The notes under the pieces are model-generated. The model was not told the origin of the DNA. It saw nothing but the letters and a program-made list of their open reading frames with translations, and made no database searches. A stretch of DNA of 52,894 bases, filler included, from Streblomastix strix (lineage: Eukaryota), in assembly GCA_008636045.1 (NCBI GenBank). It is 3 parts of 3 records of this genome, joined end to end, with 100 filler letters (N's around TTAATTAATTAA, not from the genome) between each part and the next. Parts side by side here need not be neighbours in the genome. Positions count along the whole stretch, not along the records: positions 1 to 17,575 come from SNRW01000694.1; 2 more parts are not named here. The stretch is one strand, 5' to 3'. Below, piece by piece: positions 1 through 13,600 of the stretch. How positions within the stretch are numbered: position 1 is the stretch's first letter; each line of letters begins with the position of its first letter. The translations under genes and the position numbers were made by a program.

Positions 1-392
1 ACAAACTCATGGATAGATTCGTGGCAATAGGAGAGGAAGAAGAATGGGCAAAATGGCTGAACGCATTTTCTAGACCATGGAAGGAGGAGATCTTTTGGAT
101 CCACCCACCAATTCCGAAGATTGGAAAAGCCCTGATCGCTTGGGAAAAGTTTAAACCAAAGTCAATCATGATAGCACCTTGGTGGCCAGGTCAAATATGG
201 TTCACGTCCTTACTAACAGACAGTAGCAGATAATTTATTCTTGGAGAGAAATTTCTGATTCTGAACCCGAGGAAGGAGATGATTAAGAAGAAGGACATGT
301 TACCACCAGGAAAGATCGCTGCATTCCACATGGACCAAGAGTTGATTAAGGAGGGAGATTATTAACAAAGTTTTTAGACAATATAAACATGA
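1..392 (+). CDS. DIRS pol C-terminus (N6-adenine methyltransferase-like domain), partial
   Basis: With TAA/TAG=Gln the frame reads NAFSRPWKEEIFWIHPPIPKIGKAL...IMIAPWWPGQIWF, matching the DIRS1 MT-domain pattern (DAF..W...Y.FPP...P.WP.Q.W). It ends at TGA 390-392. Confidence 0.75.
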
Positions 393-1653
393 CTAGAGAA
401 ACCTAAAAGATGATAATAGAGGGATAGAAATTCAACACTCAAAAGAAGTATATTTAAACAATGGGAATATTTGAGGATTGGATGAAAGAAAAGAATTACA
501 CAGTCTAAGACGTAATGAATTAGAAAATACCATTCATATACACTGAATTCATGACTTGGTTAACATGAACAAGAAAAACAAAGCCATCTTCAGCAAAGCA
601 CCACGCATCAATACTCAATACAATGATTTCTCTCATATTTGATACAGTACCGGTTCCACAACTGTGTAGAGGCTCACCACAAATGCAATTTCTAATCATT
701 AGATTAACAATCCAAGATATGGGAGCATCTGGGATATTAATCAACTGTTTGAGTATTGGAGAGAGAGATCAGAAAGTAAACTCCTCTCGAATGAAGAGCT
801 ACAAATAAAACTAGCATCATTATTAATGTCGTTATGCTTAGTAAGAATGGAAGAGATGGCAAACATTGATCTATCAGTATCGATCATAGATGATTAAGAA
901 CAGAGAGCAGCAGTTTGCATTCCACCCAAACAATCTATTTAGAGTAAAAGATATGTTGAAAGGAAAACAGAAGACTCTAGAGTGTGTCCAACAGAAACTT
1001 TCTTTGTATGGTTAACAAGACTTAGAGAAAACTTCTAACAAAGTCCAACGAACTTCATACACTTATTCTAGACTGAAAATTGGAAGCAAGCTGATCAGAA
1101 ATACATTAGCACATGTCTCGAAAGACTTGTTTAAACACTTGGAGTATAGAATGCAACTGCAAACTCTATCAGACATGCATCTGCTACAGAACTTGCAGCA
1201 CAGGGTTTTGATGGGATGACAATAAACGTCTTTACACACCATACTCCAGATTCAAAGATGAATAAGAAGTTCTACATTTTCGCTGTAAACAAGGAGCAGG
1301 ATTCTATAGCATCTGTACTCGTAAAGAGTCACGGCGAGAAGCAAGCTACTTAGATTATCTCAAAATAAAGGGGTAGAGCAAGAGTCTCCGAAGGAGATGA
1401 ACTACAATAATCTCCTTTAGGAGATGATTTGTAGTTATCTCCATAGGAGACTCTTGCTTCACCTCTTTTCCTCCCGATCATTTCGACCAAACCCATCGTT
1501 GAAGCTGAGCCTTCGAACGATCATGAGAGTGCAAAAGTCTAGAATTCACAAATGTAGAAGGATAATCAAGACGCGAAACCACATGAAGAAGTCCAATACT
1601 CAAGTATGACAAAGGATTCTGATCGAGCGACAACTGCTGTAGCTTAGAAATGA
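389..1653 (+). pseudogene. DIRS-type tyrosine recombinase, disrupted
   Basis: ATG at 389 overlaps the pol TGA. Motifs LMSLCLVRMEEM (catalytic Arg), VCP, ANSIRHASATEL (HxxR equivalent) and THHTPDSKMNKKFY (His/Tyr). In-frame TGA at 566-568 and a frameshift near 650. Stop TGA at 1651-1653. Confidence 0.8.
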
Positions 1654-2731
1654 TGAATGAGAAGTTATGAATGAGATTGCGTCAGTGTGAGGTTTTTTAG
1701 ATAAATATCATATACAATTTAGAACATATTTCTCTTTTCCTCACTCCTACAAGATGAAACTAATGGGAGAAAATGTTTCTCTTTTAATTTTTTACCGTCA
1801 CATCACTCGATTATTTTTGTTTATCACCTCGCCAGGGACCTTTTTTAGTCACAGTAAACCAGTATTGGCACTTCAAGCAGTAACTTTAACGCTTTCTTTT
1901 TGTATTTTTATACATGGCCGACCCATAGGGATGGGCAGCTCAACGGAGCACCCAGTCCCAGCGGCCCATTTGGCAATCTCAAAATAAAGAGGTGAAGCAA
2001 GAGTTTCCTATGGAGATAACTACAAATGAAATTAAAAATTTAATTTCATGAATTTAAGGCGTTTTAAGATATTTTTAATGAGCTGAGACGCGCGCAGCAA
2101 ATTAATTTACAGTATTTTAAGCCAACACTAATATAGAGAAAAATTAAATATAAACCCAATACAATTATTTCATGCATGCTATAATCAGCATTAAGCGATT
2201 TTATGTAAGGTTCCACGCAACCAGTGCATCACTAAAAATTATGTTAGTGTATTATTCGGAACATGCACATGCAATTACAAATGATAATCCAATGGAATTT
2301 TGAAATTTTAACTTATCTAAAAAATTAAAACTATGAGTTTTTCTGAGCTTCCCCTGAGCCAATGAGCTTATAATTTTAGGTTAGAAAAAAACGCATTTTT
2401 TATTATCGACTTTCTACTAGTTATATTAATTTCAACCAAATCGAATCAATAAGTTTGAAAACAGAAAAGTGTTCCCAGTTGTGCAAAAGTACCATATATA
2501 AAGAAAGAAGTAATAAGAATGAAATATAAATAAATTATCACACAATTGCTTTTTTTTGTCATTTTTATTGAAAGTGTGAATAAGATAACTATCGATGATG
2601 TGAACAAACTCATTTGGAAGAATAAAGTGAATGAAAGAGAAAGAAAAAGATGGTGCTATTTGTGTTAAATAGATGAATTCTATTTCATTAGATCAGAGTT
2701 TATTCATATAACTCTCAGTAATTCAATTTCT

Positions 2732-4800
2732 TCACCATTAGACAGTTTATTCATTGGGAACATGACCAGAAGTTGGCCTTGTAAGTTTTTTAAGAGAGCA
2801 AATTGTGCAAGTTGCTCCAGCAAAGTACATGGAAATCTGGATTTAAATATAATTAAAAGATATTCATTCATTTATTATTAAAATATTTTCATACAATGAA
2901 TCTCACTTTCTCTTTGATTCCAGTTATATAGACTGGTTATTAGACTCCATCAACAAAGAATATCAGAGTTCCTTTCTCAGAATCATATTCAGCTTTGATG
3001 ATTTAATTGTCAGTGATTGATTTATTACCTGGCGTGTCGGTTCCTTTGCTATTAACATATCCATATCCCCAGCCTCTGTTTTATACAGATACAAAAATAA
3101 GATTATGTTATTTCAAATATTAAATAAATAATCAACATACTATCCATGATATGAAGCCATGTTTTAATTATCTAAAAATATTATATTAAATTAATAAAAA
3201 AGAAAAAGAGAAATAAATTTACAAACGAGGAAAAGTTTCAGGGTTACATCCAACTGGAATAACATATGTATCTTTCACAATTCCAATACCTAAAAAAGAT
3301 GAGTGTTTTTATTAAAAATGCTTATTTTTTAAATTAATAAATGAATCAAACCTCCTGTTTGTCCTCGATTACTAAATTATACTTCTAAGTCCCAAATTCC
3401 ATTTTCAAGTACTTACGAAAGTGAAACAGTTTCAGTTGTTTAATCTTTTTTCTTAATTATCTTCTTTTATTTTCCAACATCAGCAAAATCGAAATTTGAT
3501 GGATCTGGATTAATGATTGCTATGGGGAAATCTTTATCTAATTGAATATTTAAAGATAAATAATAAAAACATAAAATTTTTTATTAAATATAAAAGAAAA
3601 ATACCTTGAATTGGTTTTGGTTTAAGTTTCAAGTTTTCTTCTTTCAATTTAACAATTTCTTAATTCAATTTATTTTTCTCTTCTTCAATAACAAGTATTT
3701 TAGCTTCAGCTTCATTCGCTCTTTTCTTTTCTTTTTCTTTCTCTTAAATTTATTTTTCTTTCTCTTAACGTTCTCTCAATAATTCTTGATTGATTCTTTC
3801 ATTTTATTCCAATTGTCTTCGAATTTCTTCATTTTGTTATTCTTTCCTTTATTCTTTGGATGATGAAGAAGATGTTATTCCTTCGCTTGAAAGTAATCCA
3901 AGTATTTTCTTTGCTTTGTTTTTCAATTCTTACTCTCCATTTGTCTTCATTTATTAAAGAATTGGAATAAGAACAGAAAGTGCTTCAAGATTCTATGATG
4001 ATCCAACAAGTCTAAATAATACATCAAGAATTCCATTTTTCACATGTATTGGAACTGAAGTATCTGTTTGCGATGATGAGGATGATTATCCTTATGTACC
4101 AAGTGAAAGAGTATGAAGAACAATTTATGCAAATCCAGTTGAAAGAAGTGAATGTCTGATAATTTCATTTTCTTCAATTAGATCTCCAAGTGATTTGCTT
4201 CCGCATTTGGAAATCTTCTCATCAGATTACTGAATATAAATAATAAAAATATATGAAATATTCATTACAAGAAAAATATACATGAATCATTCGAATCAAA
4301 GGTTCTGTTGCTGCTTCTGCAAGTACAGTTTTATCTTCAATTATACCACGAACTCCAATTAAATGAACAATTGTTGTACTCAGAGCCTAAATAACAATAA
4401 ATTAGATATTCTAAATATTAATAAATTATTCATACATATGCTTCATTCTGGATAATATTCTCTGTGAATTTGTTCATCAACGGTATTATTTTATTCTGTA
4501 AAATCAATTCTTTGTTTCCTGGATCTGAAAAATATAATAAAATAAGATAATTATATATAAATATTATAAATAAAATTATGCAAACGATCAAGAATAATAT
4601 CCATTAGACGTCTAAGTGCAGAACTATGAAGATTGGTACTGTCTGATTCAAGATCTTGAATCAGTTGAGGAATAATTGTCTGAAAAGTTAATAAAGTGAT
4701 TAAAAAGGAAGAAAACAAGAAAAATACTTACTTATATATCAGAGACAGTTTCAGTACTAATTTGCGCAGTTTTATCTGGATGATTTGTAGATTTTTCCAT
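2732..4800 (-). CDS. Multi-exon protein: ARM/HEAT-like N-terminus, coiled coil, C-terminal SPRY/B30.2-like domain
   Basis: ATG at 4800. Exons read IIPQLIQDLESDSTNLHSSALRRL, then an E/K-rich coil, then LENGIWDLEVQF, GIVKDTYVIPVGC, AEYDSEKGTLIFFVDGVQQPVYITGI, ending VQW-TGA at 2732-2734. Many short GT-AG introns. Confidence 0.75.
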
Positions 4801-5992
4801 CTGAATGAAGAAAGCAAAAAATAAAAAAAATAAAAAAAATATTTTTATTGTTTAATTGTTGGCAATGTTTGAGCAAAAAATATATTAAATTAAAGATTGA
4901 GTTCAGAATAAGCCGAATAAATCGAAAAATTCATAAAATAAATTGTGAAAGCCAAATATAGCTAATCACTTTATGAAATTTGAAAACAAATTATAAATAA
5001 TAAACTAAACCCCTTAAATAATCAGTTTTAAAGAATTGCACAAAGTTATATGATTTGTGCGAGTGGGAAATCCTGAACCTTTGTTGGAAATAAAAAAGTT
5101 CGCTCACCAGTAAACAAGATTCTAAACATCAATTAAATTCAATAAAGCTAAAGAATTATTTATTTCAGCCATGAATTTTTATTATTACACAATTTTCTTC
5201 AATATTTGGGCCGTGATTGAATTATGCAATTTCTGTTCGATATACAATTCAGAGACATTTTTTGATTTAGTTTCACACAATTTTTAATTATTTTATAACA
5301 TATTTAATATAAATAATCTAATTTAATTTCTTGTACATGGTTAAATTTATCATCGAATTTTTCAATAATTTAAAATACATATAACACAAGAACTAACATT
5401 TATAATTTTAAATATTCATATTTTTTAGTAATCAAACATCACATTTCTATTTTTTATCTTAATTAATGTAAATTTTTAACTCGACATATACTGTTTTTCA
5501 GCTTCACAAAATAATTTTATTTTTAAACAATCGAATATTTCTTTGTTGGTTACTTATTTACTAATTTAATTTTTTTAAAATTTGATATAATATTTAATTT
5601 AGCATATTTTTAAATTCAAAATTAAACATTTATAAAACTCTTTAGCTAATTAAACTTATCAAATTAAAAATTTAGTTCCATTTCTTTTATTTATTCTTAT
5701 TTTATGTCTATTTCCATAAATATTCAGAAATTAGATACTTCGTACTGAGGTAGTCTCATATTCATCTTAATCGCCAGAGTATCTACTACATTCAATATGC
5801 AATATTTCAGGAGAAAGATTTGAATTGGTTCAAGATCGGTAATCAATTTTAATTTATATTTCAATTGATTCTAAATTTATAATTATTAATTTTCATATTA
5901 TTTTAAATAATTTTTTCTTTAGTTGGCGAAGTTATTTGCAATAACACAGAGGCTTATGCAGGGAAATAACTATTTACATGCGAAGATAACTA

Positions 5993-7538
5993 CCGTATGA
6001 TTAAAAATGAGGAATATTAAATAAAAATGCGGAATAAAGAATAGTATAGATATCAAATCAAATAAATTAATGTAAATAATTTTTTAAAAGAATTATATAT
6101 ATATAAATATAATAATTACAACATGCAACATAGTTTAACAGAATTCTCCAGAACTAGGAATAATTCAAGCATTTTAATGAAGTGTACTTTTATAATTCTA
6201 TATAATTAAGAAAAATCAATATTATTTGCAAGAAATAGCAAACGTATAGCAAAGTTTTGAAAATTATCTTGCAATTATTCTCCAAATTTCGTAGCAACTT
6301 GTTTATAGAATATAGTATAAAGTTAATATTTATACATTTTAAGCTTCTTTTTATTGAATGTTTTACAAATAAATCAGAATAATTAACCAGATTCTCCAAA
6401 ACCACTAATCGGATAAAATCCAAATTACTACACTTCCAAATACTATTATTAGCGAAATATATCATATAATTTAATAAATTATTATATTGATATATATAAT
6501 ATATTAATTAATACGTTCTTCCTTCTACATTAGTGGGATACTCGGAATAAAATTTCCTTTTTGTAAATCGAACGTTGCTTAACGAATAAATGGCATTTAA
6601 TTAAAACAAATTCATTTGTCGCTTAATAAGCAACATTACTATTAATTTTCTCTCATAATTTCATTTAATCCAATTTGGCCTGCTTAGAATATCACCAGAA
6701 ACTCACATGAAACTCATACATCGATTTAAGCATATATTTATGTAATTTTTATTTTTTTAATATATTTAAGTAATACATGTAATTATGAATTCAATTTGAT
6801 AATTTCAGCTTTGATCATAATCGTGTCGTGGTTTTACAGCAGCGAGAATATTCCTGAGTTTTTTTGATCATTTTTCGATTGTTACCATGAATGACATATA
6901 GATAGTATATAAATGATATTTAATTAATATGTTCATTTATTTTTTTATACTTTTAATCATAATTAATGTTATTTAATGATAATGATAGAAAGTACATTTA
7001 TATGATTTTTTCTCATTTTTTATATTTTTCTTACAATTCTTACTATTTAAACATATATCCGATATATTTATTATAGCAAGTTGATTAATGTATTATTGCA
7101 CATGCAATGGCATAGTTGAACAATGTCTTAACAATATTAGAGACAATGAAAACTTAAGTTGTTTTCACAAATATAGACCATGTTTTTTCTTATTTGATTC
7201 AAATCTTGGCCTATAGATAACAATTATGTATAATATATATTTATTTAAATAAAAAAAAGATTATTAAATGATATTTTATATTTAAATTTTTTACATATAA
7301 TGTTCAACTTTAATAAATCATGAATTAACAAGCAAAAAAGATTACTACAATAAAAACCATAAAATCTACTTTATTTTTACAAAAGATGATTATAGCTTTA
7401 TTGATTTATATGTTATTTTATTATTGATTATACTTAATATAATTTTTACTATAATAAATAATAAAATACAAGTTCTACAAAGGAAAAAAATTGATATTAC
7501 GCATTTTTATTTAATATTCCGCATTTTTAATCATACGG
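5993..7538. mobile_element. Non-autonomous/decayed TIR DNA transposon (Tc1/mariner-pogo superfamily), 1546 bp
   Basis: 44 bp terminal inverted repeats at 5993-6036 and 7495-7538 (42/44 identical) starting CCGTATG, flanked by TA on both sides (5991-5992, 7539-7540). No intact transposase ORF recognised inside. Confidence 0.85.
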
Positions 7539-7627
7539 TATAAAGATTTTAATTTTGCTTTTGAACAATTTTATTTTAATTGTAATATTTTATTTTATTT
7601 CTTGCATTAATATATGATTTTAACAGA

Positions 7628-10600
7628 ATGAAGATAATTGTAAAGTCAATCACTGGGCTATCATATGATGTTGAAGTCGATCCAAGAGCAACTATTGAAG
7701 ATTTGAAGTAAAAATTCGAGGAATAACATGGATTTGCAGCAGCTGACCTGAATTTGATTCTTAATAATCAGATTCAAGATGATTCAAAGAATCTCTCAGA
7801 AATAAACTTTGTATGACTAATATTTATAATCAAATTTATTATAATAATCTTAATTTTCATATATATTTTTCATATTTATTTTTTCCCCACTTTTTTTACT
7901 TTATTCAGGGAAAGAATACATACTTCATATTTTCAACAAAGATTAAACCTTTTAGTTTGAATAATTAAGCATAATAATCACAAACATTCAACCCACCCAC
8001 GAATGATATTTATTCAGATCTGGAAGAATAGCTCATTTAACCACTATTATTTGAATGCAATGCTAATAATCATCAGATATTGCAGCAAAGTGATGTTGCA
8101 TCTATTGGATAAGGCTAAATAGAAAGAGATATTATGCCTCCACCAAAGGAGAAATGCAAATCAAACACATTACATCTATTGAAGAAAGGTAAATAAGGTA
8201 ATTCAAAAAAGAATTTAAAGGAAGGAGGTAAAAGAAAGTATTTAACTGAAGGAGGTAAAAGCGTGTTAGTGGGCATGGGATATGATGGTGATATTGCTGA
8301 AGCAGCTCTTGTTATTACTGAAGGTAATATAAATGCAGCTATTGAATTTTTGGAAAATTAAAATAATGATACTCAATAATTAATAGGAAAAGATAATGCA
8401 ATTAAAAGAAAAAGAGAAGAATAAGAATAAGATTAGAATCAAGATTATGAAATAGGAAATTGTATAATTGATGACTATGATGGAGATACAAATGATACTG
8501 ATCTAATTTAATCTGATCAAAACTCCGATGATGAAATGTTGGAAGATATTAGAAGGATGAATTTAGGATTGAAAATTGGATATGATTTGAATGAAAAATA
8601 ATTTGATAGAAGAAATATTGAATAATCCAACAACAGCTTCAATAATAACAACAATAATAATATAAATAATTTAAATAATAATAATATAAATAATATAAAT
8701 AACAGGAAAAGAGCAAGATTGGATTAAGATGAATGTGAAAATGAAGATGAAACATCTCCAAATAATAATCATATTAATATAGATAGTTTTGAAAATCAGG
8801 ATTAAATTGATGCAAATACACAAGATTCTAAATAAGGAGAAATAAAATAAGCTAATGAATCTACTCCTTCATAATTAACTCATTAATATTCATTAAGAAG
8901 TTAATCTTCTTCTTAAATATCTAATAAATCTTAATTTGGACAAATTAATCAAACTTCAACTACCAAATAATAAGAATAGCTTAATAAAAATCGTAAAAAG
9001 CGAAATATTAATCACTCAATGAATGATAAACAATCAAGAAATTAATAATATATAACTAAATCTAAAGTAAATTAGCTGATTTCAATGGGAATTGATAGTG
9101 ATATAGCACATGCGGCGCTCATTAAAGCAAAAGGAAAACTTAATGAGGCCGTATCATATCTTTTTGATGAAGATAATGAAGATGACGATGTTTAAGAAGT
9201 TGATATATCTGAATATCATAATAGAATGATTAAAGATGATTAAACAAATAATTAAGGGGAAGCAAATGGCTATTTGGACTCTGAATCAATTTAAAATAAT
9301 TAAATTTAGAGATAGTAATAAATATCTGTAGGGTCTTAAATGGAAAAAGAATATGAATAAGAATTTAATTATAAAGAAAAGGAATAAGAATAAGAGATTA
9401 AAGAAATAGAAGAAATGGAAGATTTAATTATATTCAATATTTCAAATCCTAATTAATATGGAGAAAGTTTCAATTTATTCAAAATATCAGAATAATAAAG
9501 TTAGAAAAAGATAATTTTGAATAATAGTTTATTAAGAAGTGAAACTCAGTAGGGAAAGATTATTGGATAAAATCTAAGATTGAGTTTTAATGAAGCTAAA
9601 TGTATTATTTTATAGATGGATAACTAAAATGAATTAAAAGGGAATATTTAATTAATTGGAGGAATTGCAGAAGTAATATTTATTAATGAAAGAGGAATAA
9701 TTCTTGATAACTTCTAATCATAAGGCATAAAAATATTATATTTCTTAGTTGCTTAAAGATTTGATGATTAACATTAACAATTTGAATTGACAATTGGAAA
9801 TAAAATCGAGATGAAAAACACAGTTAGTTTTGATGATGCAATGGAAGTGAATGTAATTGCACATAATATATATGTTGGTGGACAAGTGTCTGCATAAGAT
9901 GGAGTATTGAATATCAAAACGGGGAATAGCAAAGCAATGAAGTAATATAATGGAATGTATAAAGTTATATCAGATGGAAATTAGAATGAAAGAAATTCAA
10001 TTGTAATTCAACACATGACAAATATTAAAGCAAAAAGAGTATATTTACAAACAACTGAGAAGAAAACTTCAATTGAAATTAATGGGAATATGAATAGTAC
10101 AAATGGTAATTTAGCATATGAATCTGCGAATGATATAATTATTGGAGGAAAGGTTATATTATCTTCAGAGGGCAAAGTTGTTGTATTAAAACCAACGAGG
10201 AATATATTTGTCGGATAATCGACTATTTAAGGGAATTTGAATGTAAAAATTGATGCAAATGGTGAAACAAGAATAACTGGAGGATCGAGTATAAAATCAG
10301 GAGGAAATGTGATTATTAAAACGAATTATTTACAATTGAATAGCATGAAAACAATGAATGATGAAGAATTATCATAAATTACTGATCCTAATATCAAGTT
10401 ATAACATTTATAGTAGAGTTCATATGATGCATAGAGTTCAGTTATTCTTGCTGGTGGGCATATCACTATAATTACTCCCGAGAAAGGAAAAGGAACTACA
10501 GGATTTATTGACCTCATGAACCATCAGTTGATTTCAAATAGAGTTATTTTTCTTTGGGGAAAAACCTTACGCAACTTTTGTGCATTTGAAAGATAAGAAG

Positions 10601-13600
10601 GATAAATATTAGAAAGATTCCCAGGAGTTGCAGTTATTAGTGGAAGTAATGTTAAATTAAACTTCAAAGATACGATCTCAAATTAAGGAATCAAATCACA
10701 TATTGAAGCCAGAAATAATATAACAATATAAACTGGGATGTTGGATAATAAATCCTAAATTCTATCTGAAGGTATTGCAGATATTAATTCCAATTAAATC
10801 TATAATCAAAACTCAGCTATTATATAATCAAATAAAGAAATGACTATTAATTCAAAATCAAAAGTGATGAATATGAATCATTCAATAATCAATACAAAAT
10901 CAGGAAATTTGAGAATCAAATCGAAAGAAACAATAAATCATGGTGTATCTACAATTAGATCTGGAAATGATCTATTTATCAATGGATAGAAATTAGATAA
11001 TATAGGTGTTGATATACAACCAAATAATGCAATTGTTAGATTTGATAAAAGTGGATAAAGACCAGGAATTTGGGATACTGTATCTGAAGGTTAGGAACAT
11101 GTAGATGTGTTGATGACCACAGATCCATCATAAATATTATCAAATAATAAGATAACATTAGAAGTAACAAATATTCAAAACAGAAGCAGCAGGATTGTTT
11201 CTGGATAAAATCTTCTTATTAATGGAGGAATAATTAATAATGAAAGAAATTGGTTTGGAAGGGAAGTTAAATACATTACACACGAAAGATGGGAACGTTA
11301 CCGTTTTTTGATTTCGAACGAATAAAAAGATGAAAAAATAGAATTCAAAAACCCAGAAATATTCTATTCGAAAACTCCTTCAGTTATTATGGGAAGAAAT
11401 ATTGAAATTTATTCCAGTGAAGTTGTGAATTAAGATCCTCTGAGGTAACATTCTGAGTAAGATGCATTGAATACGATGAGTAAAATAGAAGCCGAAGATT
11501 CCTTATTTATGAGAGTTAATAAAATATATAATAGAGGTCATTTTATATCAACAAATGGTTTTGATGATATAATTGCAACAACGTTCATTGAGAATGAAGG
11601 TGGAGTTATTGTATCAAAGAAAGGAGGGTAAATAAAAGCATTAGATCGAATCACTAATAAAGCACTTGTTAATAATTATACAGCTGATGTTGGAAGACGT
11701 GGAGATGCACCTAATTATAACACAAGAGTGACATTCAATATCTGCAATGAACCTGCAGTGATTGGAACATCTTCTTCTAATAATGCAATTACAGATGGTA
11801 GTAATAGTGCTAATTAACAAACTGATCTAAAAGTAATAGCTCCGCTTGTAGAAAATATTGGATCATATATAGTTAATGGTACTGGGACCTTGCAGGTTAT
11901 AGCAAATGTACTGAACTCATCAAATTATGAAATAGAAATAGCTGTTGATTAATAATCAGGAATTTCTAATGTAATTTCATAAACTAAAAGTTTAAATTCG
12001 GGTATTATGGCATAAAATGTTGATATTCAGGCAAAGATTGCAGATTTTACTGGAACTAATATAAAAGCCATTCGACGTTTAAATATTAAATCAGATACTT
12101 TCAATTTCAAGCCAGGATAAGAATCAATTACACAATTAAAAGTAGAACAGAATGAAACACTCCTATCAAAAGAATAATATTCTCATCTATAATAGACTAG
12201 ACAAAATATAATGACATCAATTTAAGCACCAATTATAAACATCGAGACGGAATAAGATCAAAACTACATTGGAAATATTATTGGAAAAGAAATCCAATTA
12301 ACATCGCATAATGGAGATGTTAATATTGAAGGAGCATCAGATGAATACAAAAGTATTGAAAGAAGGGAAAAGAAGGAATTTGGAGGATTCACAGGTGGAA
12401 TAGATGGAAGTGGAGCATATTTAGGAATTGTTATGAATAAAGAGAGAGAAAGTCATGATATAAGTCAATCATCAATATAAAACTCATCAATATAAGCCTA
12501 GCATCTTACAATAAATGCAAACAACATCACTGCTAGAGCTACTAATTCAAATGTTTAATTAGCTGATATTAACGCTAGAAATAATCTTGCAATTGAATCA
12601 ATGGAAGGAGTAACTGAATAAAATGATAATAATAATTAAATGCAGATTAAAGCAACAATTGGAATTTAAAACTCATATCTTGAAACAGCAAATAGTGCAA
12701 TTGCAGCTGGTCAAGTACTTGAACAACTAAATAAAGCAACCAGTTAACTTAATAAAATATAGGAGTTGTATGATGAAGGGAAAGCATCAGAAGAAAGTTT
12801 AAAACAAGCATAAATAAATGTAGCAAAGCTTTCAACATACTAAACACTCGCAATAGCACAATTATCAAAGGCAGGTGCAACAGCAGCTGGAACATCAATA
12901 ACTGCTGGATTTCATCCAAGTTTTAATGTTGATGTAAGTGGATCAGAATAGAATGCAATGAATAAGACGGTATCTCACTCAACTAGCAATTGGAATGTAG
13001 GAAGATTGAATGCGAATGTTGGAGGAGATGTTAATATCAAAGGTGGAAACATATAAATAAGAGAAGAAGGAAATATAAATGTCAAGGGAAATATGAATAT
13101 TGAATCAGAATAGAATACATCAGATTCTTCTTCTTCTTCATAAAATATTGGAATATCGCTGGATGAACTATCTGGATAATATGGAAATTCTTAGCTTTAA
13201 ACAAGATAATCAGAAACATTAATTTCAGGAATTACATCTTAATAAAAACTCAACATTAATGTAGATGGATAATTGAATTAAAAAGCATCAATAATCAATT
13301 CAGAAAATGGATAATTAAAACTGAAAGTTGGAAGTCATTAATATTAAGATTTAGAAAGTGGATATCATGAAAAAGAAAATGGATTCAATATTTCAGCTGA
13401 TGGTGAAATATAAGATGGAGAAGGATCAACAACAATTGGAATTCGAAATAAAGAGAAATAAAAGAAAATTGTAACACATGCAACAATTGGACCAGGTTAA
13501 TTAATAATTGGTAATGATGGATAAGGATAATCAAACATTAACAGAGATGTTTCAAAGATTATTGTGGAATAAGAAGAATAAATTCTTTCCGATATTGATG

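Larger units (their letters stand above)
1..2025 (+). mobile_element. DIRS-type (tyrosine recombinase) retrotransposon, 3' part, cut by the window start
   Basis: End of a pol ORF with a DIRS methyltransferase-like domain, followed by a tyrosine recombinase ORF and a terminal copy (1976-2025) of an internal sequence (1357-1407). GC is higher than in the flanking DNA. Confidence 0.85.

Noticed and set aside
5730..5990. Two exon-like patches (e.g. LFAITQRLMQGNNYLHAKI) left of the TIR element
   Set aside because: Too short to assign and no continuation after the element; possibly a gene relic but unsupported.
6190..6900. Transposase ORF inside the TIR element
   Set aside because: Only fragmented frames with TGA stops; no DDE/D or HTH motif could be recognised.
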